A DNA stretch of 32,000 bases, taken from Pyrobaculum calidifontis JCM 11548 (GTDB taxonomy: Archaea; Thermoproteota; Thermoprotei; Thermoproteales; Thermoproteaceae). Under the pieces are notes generated by a model. That model ran no database searches. It was not told the origin of the DNA and saw nothing but the letters and a program-made list of their open reading frames with translations. Location: contig NC_009073.1 of assembly GCF_000015805.1 (NCBI RefSeq), positions 1,290,001 to 1,322,000 of the forward strand, in the 5' to 3' direction. Both the position numbers and the translations under genes were made by a program. This document shows, in pieces, positions 15,602 to 23,853 of the stretch (position 1 is the first letter of the stretch; each line of letters opens with the position of its first letter).

Positions 15602-16686
15602 CGCATGAGCACTATGGGCCTTATAGACCGGCCGCTCCGCAGAGCCTCAACCGCCTCGTTTATCTGGTCAAGCTTGTAGAAGTCCTTAGCCAAGAGGTCC
15701 GGCCTAAGGAGGCCCTTCTCCACAAGCGAAATCACCTTGGGCAAGTCCACCCGGGGCCTCGCCCCGTAGCTACCCACCACAGCTATGCCCCCGCGGACCA
15801 CCCTGGCCACGTGGAGCGGGGCCTTCTTCCCAACGGCCATTAAGCCCACCAACACCACCCTCCCCCCTGCCGCCGCCGCCTCCACTGCCGCCTCCACAGT
15901 CTCCTCACTACCCACCGCCTCTACCACCACGTCCGCGCCCCTGCCCCCTGTGAGGTCTTTTACAGCCTTCACCAAGTCCACCTCCCTCGTGTTGACTACC
16001 TCTGCCCCCAGCTCCTTGGCCAACTTCAGCTTCTCCGGGTTCCTCCCTACTGCGATCACCCTCGCCCCCACCGCCTTGGCCACCTGCACCGTCGCCAGCC
16101 CGACGCCCCCGGTGCCTATCACCACCACCGTGTCCCCCGGCGCTACAGAGCCCGAGTTAACCACTGCGCCGTAGGCGGTGGAAAAGGCGCACCCAAGCAT
16201 GGCCATCTCGGGCCTGCCGTGGAGAGACTTGGGCAACTTGGCCAAGGCCGTGGCGGGCACCACCGCCTCCTCTGCCCAAAGGCCCCCGAGGAACACCCTG
16301 AGAGGCTGGCCGTTTAGGCGAAGCCTTGTCGTCCCATCCAGCATCACCCCCTTGAGCCTCACCTCTGCGAACCTTTCGCATAGGTTCTCAAGGCCCCTCG
16401 CGCAGTTTCTACACCTCCCGCAGGGCCATATGAAGGAGGTCACCACCACGTCGCCTGGGGCCACGCTTTCGACGCCGGGCCCCACCTCCTCCACCACTGC
16501 GACAGCCTCGTGGCCGGGCACAAGAGGCGGGGGAACAGGCGTGGCGCCCTCCAAGACGTAGAGGTCGCTGTGGCAGACCCCCGCCGAGAGCACCCTCAGC
16601 CTAGCCTCGCCGTCCCTTGGCTTTTCCACTTCCACCTCTTCCACCTTGAGGGGGGTGTTGTATGTATGTAGCACAGCCGCCCGCAT
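15598..16686 (-). CDS. Zn-dependent medium-chain alcohol dehydrogenase (candidate succinic semialdehyde reductase)
   Basis: It carries GVCHSD, PGHEAV, the structural-Zn motif CGRCRNCARGLENLC, and the Rossmann motif VVVIGTGGVGL. The substrate is inferred from context. Confidence 0.85.
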   Translation of the reverse strand: MRAAVLHTYNTPLKVEEVEVEKPRDGEARLRVLSAGVCHSDLYVLEGATPVPPPLVPGHEAVAVVEEVGPGVESVAPGDVVVTSFIWPCGRCRNCARGLENLCERFAEVRLKGVMLDGTTRLRLNGQPLRVFLGGLWAEEAVVPATALAKLPKSLHGRPEMAMLGCAFSTAYGAVVNSGSVAPGDTVVVIGTGGVGLATVQVAKAVGARVIAVGRNPEKLKLAKELGAEVVNTREVDLVKAVKDLTGGRGADVVVEAVGSEETVEAAVEAAAAGGRVVLVGLMAVGKKAPLHVARVVRGGIAVVGSYGARPRVDLPKVISLVEKGLLRPDLLAKDFYKLDQINEAVEALRSGRSIRPIVLMR

Positions 16687-16814
16687 GTGCGCCAGAGGGA
16701 AGCCAGTTATAAACTTTGTTAAAACTCTAAATAGACTATGTAATTATAATTTAGTTAAAGTATAGATCACTGTAGAGGATGTAAAGAGTTATATACCCCC
16801 GTGTTGCGATATAT
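16687..16814. promoter_or_regulatory. AT-rich divergent control region (ADH <-> PEP carboxylase)
   Basis: The minus-strand TATA (plus GTTATAAA, 16706-16713) lies 27 bp from ATG 16686. GTTATATA at 16788-16795 lies 27 bp from ATG 16815. The central region contains AACTTTGT (16712-16719) and ATAATTTAGTTAA (16746-16758). Confidence 0.65.
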
Positions 16815-18194
16815 ATGCCTATACCGCGTCTTATGTGTACTCAGCACCCCGACACCACTGTGAAAATCACGGCCGCGGAGGAGGTAGACGAGGCCATTGT
16901 GGCATTTACCGCGTATGGATGCGACGAGGTCATGGTAGACTACGAGGGGAAGGCTACGCCGTACTCTCAGCCTAAGGAGGTGGTAATGAAGGCGGCTAAG
17001 AGCGAGCTTCCGCTAGGCGAAAAGTTTGTAATTACTGTGAGGTTGCCCAACCCCCGCCTCGAGGAGTTTGACAGAGCTATGCTGGCTCTGGAGGCGGCGG
17101 TGGTGGCTAATTACTTCTCTGTGAAGTACATGGGGGTGAGGGCGGTGAAGTGGGTGGTGTTGCCCATGGTTGAAGATGTGGAGACCATGTCCCTCGTTAG
17201 GCGCATGCTGAAGCGGAAGGTGGAGGACTACAAGGCGGAGGCCAAGGTAGACGTGGGAAATATAGAGGTCATACCCCTCTTCGAAGACGCCTTCGTGCAA
17301 CTCAAGGCGAAGGCGTTGTTGGGCGAGGTGTTTAAAGGGGAGGAGGTGAGGGAGGTGAGGCTCTTCTTGGGCAAGTCGGACTCCGCCGTTAAGCACGGCC
17401 ACCTCGCCTCTGCGCTGGCCATTGCCTACACGCTCTCCAGACTCGGCGACGTGGAGTCGGAGCTTGGGCTGAGGATTAGGCCTATCCTTGGGATGGGCTC
17501 GCCGCCGTTTAGGGGCGGGCTCAACAACCCCCGCCTCGCGCCCATGGAAGTGGTGCAGTACGCGGGCTACTACACGGCCACTATCCAGTCAGCGGTGAGG
17601 TACGACGTGGCACTGGAGGAGTTTTTGAAGGTGAGAGAGGCCATTTTAAACGGCTGTTGCGCGCCTAGGCAAAGGGCGCCGGACGAGGTGTTGCACATAG
17701 TGCAAGAGGCTTCGGCGAGGTATCGCGCCCTTGTGATGAAGTACGCCGACAAGGTGATAGAGGTGGCCCGCCTAGTGCCCTCCACTAGGGACAGAGTCAG
17801 CTGGACGGCCTATGGCAGGACGCTGACTGGAGGAGAGAGAGTGGTCAACATGCCCAGGGCCATCGTATACACCTCCGCGTGGTACGCCACGGGGCTCCCG
17901 CCCACTCTCCTCGACGCGCCCTACCTCCTGGAACTCGCCAAGAGCGACAAGCTAGACCTAGTGCTGAAGGTCCTCCCCACCTACCTCAAGGAGCTTGAAT
18001 ACGACCTAGAGTTCTTCGACAGGGCCACGGCTGAGAAGTACCTCGACGGTGAAATTGTCAAGGCAGTGGTTGAGTTGGCGGACTACCTGGGGCTTGAGGC
18101 GAGGCCCAACCCCGCCTATGCAACGCTCTTGAGAATGCCTAGAAACGAGGCCAACATAATAGCATTGGGCAAATACCGCAAATTCCTAGGATAA
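16815..18194 (+). CDS. ppcA: Archaeal-type phosphoenolpyruvate carboxylase
   Basis: The N-terminus IPRLMCTQHPD is characteristic of archaeal-type PEPC, and the size (459 aa) is typical of that short family. Confidence 0.85.
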   Translation: MPIPRLMCTQHPDTTVKITAAEEVDEAIVAFTAYGCDEVMVDYEGKATPYSQPKEVVMKAAKSELPLGEKFVITVRLPNPRLEEFDRAMLALEAAVVANYFSVKYMGVRAVKWVVLPMVEDVETMSLVRRMLKRKVEDYKAEAKVDVGNIEVIPLFEDAFVQLKAKALLGEVFKGEEVREVRLFLGKSDSAVKHGHLASALAIAYTLSRLGDVESELGLRIRPILGMGSPPFRGGLNNPRLAPMEVVQYAGYYTATIQSAVRYDVALEEFLKVREAILNGCCAPRQRAPDEVLHIVQEASARYRALVMKYADKVIEVARLVPSTRDRVSWTAYGRTLTGGERVVNMPRAIVYTSAWYATGLPPTLLDAPYLLELAKSDKLDLVLKVLPTYLKELEYDLEFFDRATAEKYLDGEIVKAVVELADYLGLEARPNPAYATLLRMPRNEANIIALGKYRKFLG

Positions 18195-18204
18195 TTTATA
18201 TAAA
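18195..18204 (+). promoter_or_regulatory. TATA box (TTTATATAAA) for the CBS gene pair
   Basis: It starts directly after the PEPC stop codon and lies 29 bp upstream of ATG 18224. It is embedded in ATAATTTATATAA (18191-18203), a one-mismatch copy of the recurring motif. Confidence 0.55.
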
Positions 18205-18223
18205 CAGGAAGATACACAAGGAC

Positions 18224-18634
18224 ATGATTAAGAACTATATCAAGAGGCCGCCTATTACAATAGGCAGAGACGCCACCGTCGAAGAGGCGGCGGCGTTGAT
18301 GGCCGAGAAGGGCGTGGGATCTCTAGCCATTGTGGATGAGGGGGGCAGGCCCGTGGGCATTATCACTGAGAGAGACGTGGTTAAGGCAGTGGCTAGGCGG
18401 GCGCTGGGGGCCAGAGTGGTCGAGGTTGGCACAACTTCCAACCTCCTCACAGCCTCTCCAGAGGACGACGAGTACGAGGTGTTGAAAAAGATGAGGGAAA
18501 GGCGGGTGAGACACCTCTTAGTTGTGGACAAGGAGGGGAAGCTCGTGGGAGTCTTGTCCATTAGAGACTTTCTAGAGGACGCTGCCCTTAAAGCGCTCGG
18601 GGACAAGGTATGGTGGCCGCCGCCGGAGGAATGA
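18224..18634 (+). CDS. Stand-alone CBS-pair (Bateman module) protein 1
   Basis: It contains two CBS repeats (..GVGSLAIVDEGGRPVGIITERDVVKAV.. and ..VRHLLVVDKEGKLVGVLSIRDFL..) and no other domain. Confidence 0.85.
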   Translation: MIKNYIKRPPITIGRDATVEEAAALMAEKGVGSLAIVDEGGRPVGIITERDVVKAVARRALGARVVEVGTTSNLLTASPEDDEYEVLKKMRERRVRHLLVVDKEGKLVGVLSIRDFLEDAALKALGDKVWWPPPEE

Positions 18635-19017
18635 AGGTGAGAGACCTCATTAGGAAGCCCCCCGTCACGGTGCCGCCCACCGCCACTCTGCTGGAGGCGG
18701 CTGAGGCGTTGACAAGCCACGGCGTGGGGGCCGTGGTGGTGGTAGACCCCTCAAGCCCTGACAAGCCCATCGGCATACTGTCTGAGCGAGACATTGTAAA
18801 AGCCATAAGCGCCAAGATGCCCCTATCTACCCCAGTGGAGGCCTTCATGTCCACAGACCTAGTCACCGTTGAGGCGGAGGAGCCCCTGTCCCGCGCCGCG
18901 GACCTCATGTGGATGTACAACATCCGCCACTTGGTGGTAGTAGAACGGGGCAAATTCGTGGGGGTTATATCCGTGAGAGACCTCCTCGAGCCCAATAGGA
19001 GGAGGCAACTCTGCTAA
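18631..19017 (+). CDS. Stand-alone CBS-pair protein 2
   Basis: It is paralogous to protein 1 (GILSERDIVKAI, IRHLVVVERGKFVGVISVRDLL). ATG 18631 overlaps the stop of protein 1 in an ATGA arrangement. Confidence 0.85.
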   Translation: MKVRDLIRKPPVTVPPTATLLEAAEALTSHGVGAVVVVDPSSPDKPIGILSERDIVKAISAKMPLSTPVEAFMSTDLVTVEAEEPLSRAADLMWMYNIRHLVVVERGKFVGVISVRDLLEPNRRRQLC

Positions 19018-19439
19018 TCCCCGCTGGGCAGTACGTAGTCGAAGGCCGGTGCAAAGGTGTCGGCCACGTGCCGTAGCACCTCTCTCTCGCGCACTAAGTC
19101 GCGTATAGACAAGACGCCGTAGAGCTCCCCGCCCTTAGTGACCACCAAGTGGCGGATGCCGTGGCGCCTAAACAGCTCAGCGGCCTCGCTTATATCGGCG
19201 TCGGCGTCCACTGTCACAATTCTCGTCGTGGCTATGGAGGAGGCGGGCTTCTCCACGTCTACACCCTCCGCTACTGCCCTCACAATGTCCCGCTCCGACA
19301 CTACGCCGTAGAGCTCTCCCCCCTTGGTCAATACGAGTAGGCCAATCCTCCTCTCGGCCATTATCCTAGCCGCCTCTCTGATAGATATATCGGCCTCAGC
19401 CGTGATGGGGGGTCTTGAGGCAAAGGCGGCCACTCTCAT
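19014..19439 (-). CDS. Stand-alone CBS-pair protein 3, translationally coupled to 4-hydroxybutyryl-CoA dehydratase
   Basis: It is paralogous to proteins 1 and 2 ([34 protein letters not shown]). ATG 19439 overlaps the dehydratase stop in an ATGA arrangement. Confidence 0.85.
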   Translation of the reverse strand: MRVAAFASRPPITAEADISIREAARIMAERRIGLLVLTKGGELYGVVSERDIVRAVAEGVDVEKPASSIATTRIVTVDADADISEAAELFRRHGIRHLVVTKGGELYGVLSIRDLVREREVLRHVADTFAPAFDYVLPSGD

Positions 19440-20947
19440 GCCTTTTCGCTGTCCGTCGGCTTGTGAGGCTCCACCCGTGGGTCTGCCTTTCTCTGGCCCA
19501 TCCTCGCCAGCGACTTGGCTATCTTCTCCACTGTGTAGAAGTCGTATATCCTCTCCATGGATATCCTCTGCGCCTGGGGGCTACCGGCGCCGTGGACAGA
19601 CTCCACTAGGTACGCCACGCTTATGCTGGTGTTCTCCAACAGCCTCAACATCCTGAGCCTGTCCTCGGCGGTGAACTCGGGGACCCCCTGGAGGTACTTG
19701 GCCACCAGCTTTCCCACCTCCTCGTTCTTAAGGTCAAACTCGCTGGGGGCCGTGCCCAAAAGACCCCCGGCAATGTCGTGAGCCAGCCTAGACACCTCGT
19801 AGGGGAACCTCGTGACCAAGTGCTTAGTGACGTTGGCGTACATGGGGTTGACCCACCAGCCCCCGTCTCCCTCCACAAGCTTCTTCCCCTCCCAGCTGGC
19901 CGCCAGCCCGGCGGAGTACATAGTCTCGTTGAGAAACACCATCTCGGTGAGCTTCTCCCTCACGTGGGGCTTGTCGGCGACGCCGATCTGCTTAGCCAAG
20001 TTGTACGCCGCGCCGATGATCACGTCGCCTAGGCCGGACTTACAGCCCGCATAGCCCTGGCGGTGGTAGGCCGAGAAGACCTCGACGAGCACCCCCGCCC
20101 ACTTCCACTCTCTGTACATAAACACCCTGTCCCAAGGCACATACACGTCCTCGAGTATCAAGAGCCCCTCGTGGTTGAACATATAGGGCAAGCCGTCGAT
20201 CTCCCCCTCCTCAAGCCTCCTGGCATCGTTCAACTGCCTCCCGACGACCACAGTCACCCCCTCCGTGTCAAGGGGAATGGCGAAGGATATGGCGTAGACC
20301 TCGTCCTTCTCCGTCATCGCCCTAGTGGGCATGACGACGACCTCGTCCACCACGGCGATCCCCGTGATGTTTGCCTTAGCCCCTCTGACCACGATCCCGT
20401 CGTCTCTCTCCTCCACCACTCTCACATAGGCGTCTGGGTTAGGCTGCTCGCTGGGCTTTAGCGGCCTAACCCCCTTCACGTCTGTCATCGCTCCCGCAAG
20501 GGCCAAGTCCCGCCTCTGGACGTACTCCAGGTATTTGATGAAGTTCTTGTAGTAGATGCCCTTCCCCTCCTTCTCTGCCAACTTCTTAGTGACAATGTAG
20601 AGCGTGTTTAACGCGTCCCACCCCACACACCTCTGGAAGCACGTCCCAGTCTTGTGCGAGAGCTTCCTCAACAGCTTCACCTTGGCCACCAAGTCTTGGG
20701 GCCCCATGTGTATGGAGTTGAAGCGGTTCACCTCCTCCCCCGCGAAGGGGCTGTATACTCTGGCCAAGTCGCGGGTGTCTTCCTCAAACGCAGCGTCGAA
20801 GGTGGCCTTGAAGGAGAGGACGGAGGGCTTTAGAAACAGGTTTGTAGTAACGTCGTGCACGCGCTTGCCGAGTACATAAATCTTCGCCTTATTCCTCGTC
20901 TTTATGCCCTCCACGTATTGATCCCCAGTCCTTAGACCCATGGACAT
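19436..20947 (-). CDS. 4-hydroxybutyryl-CoA dehydratase / vinylacetyl-CoA isomerase (AbfD family)
   Basis: The whole 503-aa protein resembles the 4-hydroxyphenylacetate-hydroxylase-fold AbfD family. Candidate 4Fe-4S ligands are present: [12 protein letters not shown] (CxxxC) and [11 protein letters not shown] (Hx6C). The start could instead be the second ATG at 20941. Confidence 0.85.
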   Translation of the reverse strand: MSMGLRTGDQYVEGIKTRNKAKIYVLGKRVHDVTTNLFLKPSVLSFKATFDAAFEEDTRDLARVYSPFAGEEVNRFNSIHMGPQDLVAKVKLLRKLSHKTGTCFQRCVGWDALNTLYIVTKKLAEKEGKGIYYKNFIKYLEYVQRRDLALAGAMTDVKGVRPLKPSEQPNPDAYVRVVEERDDGIVVRGAKANITGIAVVDEVVVMPTRAMTEKDEVYAISFAIPLDTEGVTVVVGRQLNDARRLEEGEIDGLPYMFNHEGLLILEDVYVPWDRVFMYREWKWAGVLVEVFSAYHRQGYAGCKSGLGDVIIGAAYNLAKQIGVADKPHVREKLTEMVFLNETMYSAGLAASWEGKKLVEGDGGWWVNPMYANVTKHLVTRFPYEVSRLAHDIAGGLLGTAPSEFDLKNEEVGKLVAKYLQGVPEFTAEDRLRMLRLLENTSISVAYLVESVHGAGSPQAQRISMERIYDFYTVEKIAKSLARMGQRKADPRVEPHKPTDSEKA

Positions 20948-21011
20948 ATATCAACTTGCATATATAAACCTTCAAAACTCGATTTAAAACTTTAGATAAT
21001 TATAAAACTGT
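20948..21011 (-). promoter_or_regulatory. AT-rich promoter region of the dehydratase-CBS3 operon
   Basis: The minus-strand TATA TTTATATA (plus 20961-20968) is followed upstream by ACTTTAGATAATTAT (20989-21003), which contains the motif core TTTAGATAA. Confidence 0.6.
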
Positions 21012-21689
21012 TTAAAAGACCCCCTTAAACAACTTGAGGGCGAACTCCTCGGCGGCTCTGTAGGCAGAGGCGGCGTCCGTGGGCTTCTCCACGCACTTAG
21101 TCAGACGGCCCTCCTCCATTACGCACAACACGTCGGCCACGTAGAGTGCCTCGAGGGGGTCGTGAGTCACGTAGAGAGTGGGCACCCCCAGCCTCTTCAC
21201 CACGTCGTTGAAGGCCCTTTTGTTGACCCAGTCTAGGTGGGAGGTGGGCTCGTCCATGAGGAAGGCGCATGGCCGCGCCAGAAGGGCCGCCGCTAGGTTG
21301 ACTAGCTGCTTTTGCCCAGTGGATAGGCCCCTCCCCCTGTCCAAGAGGTGGGATATGCCGAGGCGGCTCGCCACCTCGTCCACAAGGCCCTCTGTGCCAT
21401 GTAGACGGGCCACCGCGCGGAGGAATGCCCCCACCCTCTGCGGGGGGTCTATGGGGGTGGACTGGACATACGCTAGGCCCCGCCTGTGGGGCGGGAGGTG
21501 GGACACGTCGCGGCCGCAGGCCACTATGCGGCCCCTCGCCTCTATGAAGCCGGCGATAGCGTCCAGCAACGTGGTCTTTCCGCTGCCGTTTCTCCCCACC
21601 ACAGCCACCACGGAGTTTACCACTAGCCTCTCCACGTAGAGGCGGAAGCGCCCCCGCCTAGCCTCGAGGCCCTCTACCTCGAGAGCCAT
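21012..21689 (-). CDS. ABC transporter ATP-binding protein of the oxyanion importer
   Basis: It carries Walker A GRNGSGKTT, the signature LSTGQKQL and Walker B FLMDEP. I place the start at ATG 21689 (MALEVEGL..). The 57-aa ORF extension overlaps the permease gene and is Arg/Gly-rich with no resemblance to ABC ATPase sequence. Confidence 0.8.
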   Translation of the reverse strand: MALEVEGLEARRGRFRLYVERLVVNSVVAVVGRNGSGKTTLLDAIAGFIEARGRIVACGRDVSHLPPHRRGLAYVQSTPIDPPQRVGAFLRAVARLHGTEGLVDEVASRLGISHLLDRGRGLSTGQKQLVNLAAALLARPCAFLMDEPTSHLDWVNKRAFNDVVKRLGVPTLYVTHDPLEALYVADVLCVMEEGRLTKCVEKPTDAASAYRAAEEFALKLFKGVF

Positions 21690-22402
21690 CGCCTCGCCGC
21701 GTAGCCCACCGCCAGCGCTGTTACTACAACGGCCAGGGAGGCCCCTATGGCCGGGCCGACGCCGTAGATGAGCCAGGCGTTGTAGATGTAGATAGAGGCG
21801 GCGTATGGGTAGTTGGCGAATATTAGGAGCACCCCCAGCTCGCCGAAGCCCCTCAGCCATGCGAAGAGAGCCGCCGAGAGGGTGGCCTCCCTCAGCGACA
21901 TGGCCGTGAGCACCAGGAGCCTAAGGCCGGAGAAGCCCAGCGACCGGAAAAAGGCCTCAGCCCTCTCCTCCCTCAAGGCGCCGTCGTATATGGAGAAGGC
22001 CACGGGGAGCGCCATGACCCACATGGCCAAGAAGACGCCGAGCGGCTGGTTCACCACCCACGCGGAGACGAACTGCGAGAGGGGGCAGTCGCCGCAGAGG
22101 AGGCGGGGCGTGGAGAAGGCGGCGAGGAGGAGCACTCCCACAGACGTCGGCGGGACAAGCGCCGGGACGTAGAGGACCATGCCCAAGGCCCCCCAAGCAC
22201 CGCCCCTCCTAGCCGCCATAGCCACCGCAAGGCCCGGCAGAAGAGAGCCGCCCGCCGCAGCCGCCGAGGCCGCGGCCGTGAAGAGGAAGCTCTCCACAAA
22301 CCCCGGCGGAGGCGCAGAGAGAAAGAACAGGGGGAGGGCTAAGAGGAGGAGCGCCAGGAGGGCGGCGGTGGAGGCGGCGACAGCCTTCACGGCGTCCATC
22401 AT
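21674..22402 (-). CDS. ABC transporter permease (ModB/WtpB/CysTW-type)
   Basis: The protein is polytopic and has an EAA-loop-like segment REERAEAFFRSLGFSG. Its start overlaps the stop of the binding-protein gene. Confidence 0.75.
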   Translation of the reverse strand: MMDAVKAVAASTAALLALLLLALPLFFLSAPPPGFVESFLFTAAASAAAAGGSLLPGLAVAMAARRGGAWGALGMVLYVPALVPPTSVGVLLLAAFSTPRLLCGDCPLSQFVSAWVVNQPLGVFLAMWVMALPVAFSIYDGALREERAEAFFRSLGFSGLRLLVLTAMSLREATLSAALFAWLRGFGELGVLLIFANYPYAASIYIYNAWLIYGVGPAIGASLAVVVTALAVGYAARRWLSR

Positions 22403-23409
22403 TTGACAAAGCCGTACTTGGCCAAGTCCATCTTCTTCAACGCCTCCACCACGCAGTCACCCCTCTCGGTAAAAGACGCCACAAAGGCCTCGAAGCGGCC
22501 CACGCGCACGGCCCTGACCACTCTACCAGAGGGGTCCACGAAGTTTACATATATGGCGAGCGGCGGGTCTTGGAAAAAGTCATAGGGAGGCTTGAAGACG
22601 TAGACGTAGAACTGGCCCCGGCCGTAGTCGCCTACGTAGACTTCCCAAAGCTCGGCGGACGCCCCCGCGGGCTTAAGCTCCACGCCTTTGCCAAGGATGA
22701 AGGGCAGGTAGGCGAAGACGCAGTCCACTTGCCCAGTCTCAAACATGCTCCAGCTCCCGTCGAGGCTGGGAGCCACCTTGACCTCCGCCGTAGAGAACAA
22801 GGCCGTTGGCACAGTGACGTTGAAGCCCACCGCAGTGTCTACAAACCTTATGCCCAAAGCCTCATACCTCGCCGTGAGGTCCGCCACGCCCCCCTTCTTG
22901 AGCATGTATGCAACGGCCAGTTCCCTATATCCAATGGGCGCCTTGTTGGGGTCTGCCAAGGCCGTCTTTGCCCCCCGCAGGTCGCTCACAGATGCTATGG
23001 GCCTGGCACAGGCCAAGGCCAGCTTGAACCGCCCCAGGGAGTAGATCTGCCTGGCGTCTTTCACATCGGCGGCGAGCTCTATGTCCACGGAGGCGTAGAC
23101 ATCCGGGACACTGCCCTGCTGAATCCTCCTGAGTCCCTCCAAGGAGCCCACCGACTGTATCCCCTCCACGGAGAGACCGGCCTCCCTAGCCGCGTCTTTC
23201 ACTACTCTCACAAGCGTCGGCGCCACATAGCCAATCACCGAGCCGCCACAGGCGGCGGCTTGCGCAGAGGATTGCGTCTGACTGACCGCCGCGGAAGTGG
23301 GGGCTGGCGTTGTGGCAGAACTCGGCGGGGGAGCCAAGGGGGACATGGTCAAGAGGGAAAAAGCTAATAGGGCCATGACCACTACTACCGCAAGATAGGC
23401 CCGCCTCAT
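22399..23409 (-). CDS. Periplasmic-type substrate-binding protein, molybdate/tungstate (WtpA/ModA-like)
   Basis: It has a signal peptide and a Ser/Thr/Pro-rich linker. It resembles WtpA (ADPNKAPIGYRELAVAYM versus the SNPNDDPCGYRS pattern, and GQVDCVFAYLPF). The oxyanion specificity cannot be determined from the sequence. Confidence 0.6.
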   Translation of the reverse strand: MRRAYLAVVVVMALLAFSLLTMSPLAPPPSSATTPAPTSAAVSQTQSSAQAAACGGSVIGYVAPTLVRVVKDAAREAGLSVEGIQSVGSLEGLRRIQQGSVPDVYASVDIELAADVKDARQIYSLGRFKLALACARPIASVSDLRGAKTALADPNKAPIGYRELAVAYMLKKGGVADLTARYEALGIRFVDTAVGFNVTVPTALFSTAEVKVAPSLDGSWSMFETGQVDCVFAYLPFILGKGVELKPAGASAELWEVYVGDYGRGQFYVYVFKPPYDFFQDPPLAIYVNFVDPSGRVVRAVRVGRFEAFVASFTERGDCVVEALKKMDLAKYGFVK

Positions 23410-23430
23410 GTGCGGCTAAAAAGTCTGTCA

Positions 23431-23437
23431 ATAAATG
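23431..23437 (-). promoter_or_regulatory. TATA box (minus-strand ATTTATT) for the oxyanion ABC operon
   Basis: It lies 28 bp upstream of ATG 23409, at the edge of a very AT-rich tract of about 105 bp (23430-23535). Confidence 0.45.
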
Positions 23438-23853
23438 TTCCTCTTTTACATTTAAATTTAGAAACCATGTATATGTTAGAATTTTAACTGTAAAAAACTT
23501 GTAAATAAAATAAATAAAAATTTAAGTATAAGAGGTTTTTAACCGACGACCGCCTCTTGACGAATGCCGAGGAAGTCGGCGTTACGTCTTCCGCCCCTAT
23601 GCACTTAAACCGCCAACACGTACACCTCACACCAAATCAATGGGAATCAGTCTGCCTAAATCTCACAACGGCGATACTGCGGCTACAATATGTAATGCCG
23701 TTGTAGAGACATCTCTGAGTCCTCTAGCCGGGCTGTGCTTGACCAAACAGTGTCCACAGCCGCTAGTGGACAGCTTTTGTAAGACGAACTCCAGCCTGGA
23801 GGAGCAAGAGGTCTGCGTCCAGAAAGTATTTTTTCTTTTGCAGTGATAGTACC

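Noticed and set aside
21690-21860. A 57-aa N-terminal extension of the oxyanion ABC ATPase ORF.
   Set aside because: It overlaps the permease gene, is rich in Arg, Gly and Pro, and does not resemble an ABC ATPase. The ATPase beta-strand 1 (MALEVEGL) starts at 21689.
22570-23367. A 265-aa plus-strand ORF antisense to the substrate-binding protein gene.
   Set aside because: This is the same shadow-ORF effect. The product is rich in R, G and H, has no promoter, and the minus strand has a coherent signal peptide and SBP homology.
23430-23535. The ~105-bp, extremely AT-rich tract as a replication-origin unwinding element. The 196-bp AT-rich tract at 12000-12195 was considered for the same reason.
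   Set aside because: No flanking ORB or mini-ORB-like inverted repeats were recognised, and there is no orc1/cdc6 or whiP gene nearby. Both tracts are adequately explained as promoter or control regions.
23640-23846. A 68-aa Cys-rich ORF (MGISLPKSHNGDTAATICNAV..).
   Set aside because: It is not called as a gene. There is no TATA box at leaderless distance from its ATG, no recognisable motif, and its composition is atypical. It is kept only as part of the islet finding.
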